From contig CAWIKB010000008.1 in assembly GCA_963836605.1 (NCBI GenBank), forward strand, positions 135,233-199,232: a DNA stretch of 64,000 bases. Reading direction: 5' to 3'. Position 1 is the first letter of the stretch, and every line of letters begins with the position of its first letter. This DNA comes from an uncultured Acidimicrobiaceae bacterium (GTDB lineage: Bacteria > Actinomycetota > Acidimicrobiia > Acidimicrobiales > RAAP-2). Both the position numbers and the translations under genes were made by a program. The notes under the pieces are model-generated. The model ran no database searches, had not been told where the DNA came from, and worked only from the letters and a program-made list of their open reading frames with translations. Positions 63,084 to 64,000 of this stretch are shown here, one piece after another.

Positions 63084-64000
63084 CCCGCCTCCGGGGAGCC
63101 ACCCGTAAGACCTTTGCCGCCCTCTCGGTGCGCAACTACCGACTCTACTTCACCGGCCAGGTCGTCTCCGTCTCGGGCACCTGGATGCAGATGGTGGCGC
63201 AGGCCTACCTCATCCTCTTCGTCCTGCACGGTACCGGCGTCGATGTGGCCATCGCCACCGGACTGCAGTTTCTTCCCATGCTGTTCTTCGGCCCCTTCGG
63301 CGGCCTGATCGCCGACCGCCTCGACAAGCGCAAGCTGCTCTTCGCCACGCAGGTGTCGGCTGGGCTGCTGGCGCTGGTGTTCGGCCTCCTGGTCCTGACC
63401 CATTCGATTCAGATCACCGACGTGTACGTGCTGGCCGGGCTGCTCGGCGTGGTGAACCTCTTCGACAACCCGGCCCGTCAGACGTTCGTCCCCGAGATGG
63501 TCGGCCGCGACCTCCTGCCCAATGCGGTCAGCCTCAACAGCGTGGTGATGAACGGGGCCAGGGTGATCGGACCGGGGATCGGTGGAGTCCTGATCCTGAC
63601 GCTCGGTGTGTCGACCTGCTTCATGGTCAACGCGGGGTCCTATGTCGCCGTGCTGGTGGCCCTGTCCCTGATGCGCAAGGACGAATTGCACCCGACGCAC
63701 GCCGTGGCCAGAGCCGGGGGCCAGGTACGCGAGGGCCTGCGCTACGTGTGGTCGACGCCCGACCTGAGGAACCCCCTGCTCTCCATGGTCGTGGTGGGCA
63801 TTTTCGCCTTCAACTTCACCGTCACGCTTCCCCTCCTGGCCAAGTTCACCTTCAACGGAGGAGCAGGGCTCTACAGCTTCTTCCTGGCCGCCATGGGGGC
63901 GGGAGCCGTGGCCGGTGGCCTCTTCATGGCCCACCGGAGCCGGCCGACGCAGAAACTCCTCGCGCTCATCGGGGCCGTGTTCGGCGTGCTGATCCTGGCC
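63080..64000 (+). CDS. MFS transporter (EntS/MFS_3-like), 3' end outside the window
   Basis: Own translation from GTG 63080 (GTGA overlap with the marR stop): VTRLRGATRKTFAALSVRNYRLYFTGQVVSVSGTWMQMVAQAYLILFVLHGTG...FGPFGGLIADRLDKRKLL.... The frame is open to the window end. It is not in the supplied ORF track because no stop is reached. Confidence 0.8.
   Translation, partial: MTRLRGATRKTFAALSVRNYRLYFTGQVVSVSGTWMQMVAQAYLILFVLHGTGVDVAIATGLQFLPMLFFGPFGGLIADRLDKRKLLFATQVSAGLLALVFGLLVLTHSIQITDVYVLAGLLGVVNLFDNPARQTFVPEMVGRDLLPNAVSLNSVVMNGARVIGPGIGGVLILTLGVSTCFMVNAGSYVAVLVALSLMRKDELHPTHAVARAGGQVREGLRYVWSTPDLRNPLLSMVVVGIFAFNFTVTLPLLAKFTFNGGAGLYSFFLAAMGAGAVAGGLFMAHRSRPTQKLLALIGAVFGVLILA

Overview
High-GC window (roughly two thirds G+C by eye, not computed), densely coding. 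It looks like an ordinary chromosomal segment of an actinobacterium. The supporting signs are a Mce transporter, a PIG-L/LmbE-type deacetylase, several luciferase-like (LLM/F420-type) oxidoreductases, a zinc anti-sigma factor, and very frequent 4-nt GTGA/ATGA start/stop overlaps. A deeper lineage guess (possibly Acidimicrobiia-like) is inference only. Main blocks: (1) DEAD-box helicase fused to a cold-shock domain, then type II glutamine synthetase. (2) A complete mce locus (yrbEA/B, mceA-F, one Mce-associated membrane protein). It is transcribed divergently from an operon encoding a membrane-extended ECF sigma factor plus the Mkl/MceG ATPase. (3) Lipid and acyl-CoA metabolism scattered through the window: two FadD-type ligases, a crotonase, an SCP-x type thiolase, FabH, a PaaI thioesterase, an aldehyde dehydrogenase, SDRs and a P450. 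(4) An ECF sigma/anti-sigma pair and ahcY with a structured leader. (5) tRNA-Arg(CCT) followed by tandem copies of its own 3' end. (6) A probable prenyl/quinone-type gene group. (7) A five-gene ApbE / ferric-reductase-like / NuoF-like / ferredoxin operon. (8) A MarR-MFS pair at the right edge. No rRNA, CRISPR array, transposase, integrase or phage genes were recognised. Items worth a second look: a 550-nt gene-free gap full of GCAA/UUCG-capped hairpins arranged as a ~34-nt repeat; a chain of overlapping mini-ORFs made by triplication of a gene start; four apparent single-base frameshifts (mceF, an SDR, a Sel1-repeat protein, an alpha/beta hydrolase); coding tandem repeats in the sigma factor; and the ApbE-centred electron-transfer operon. 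All calls come from reading the supplied translations and the DNA. No database search or folding program was run.
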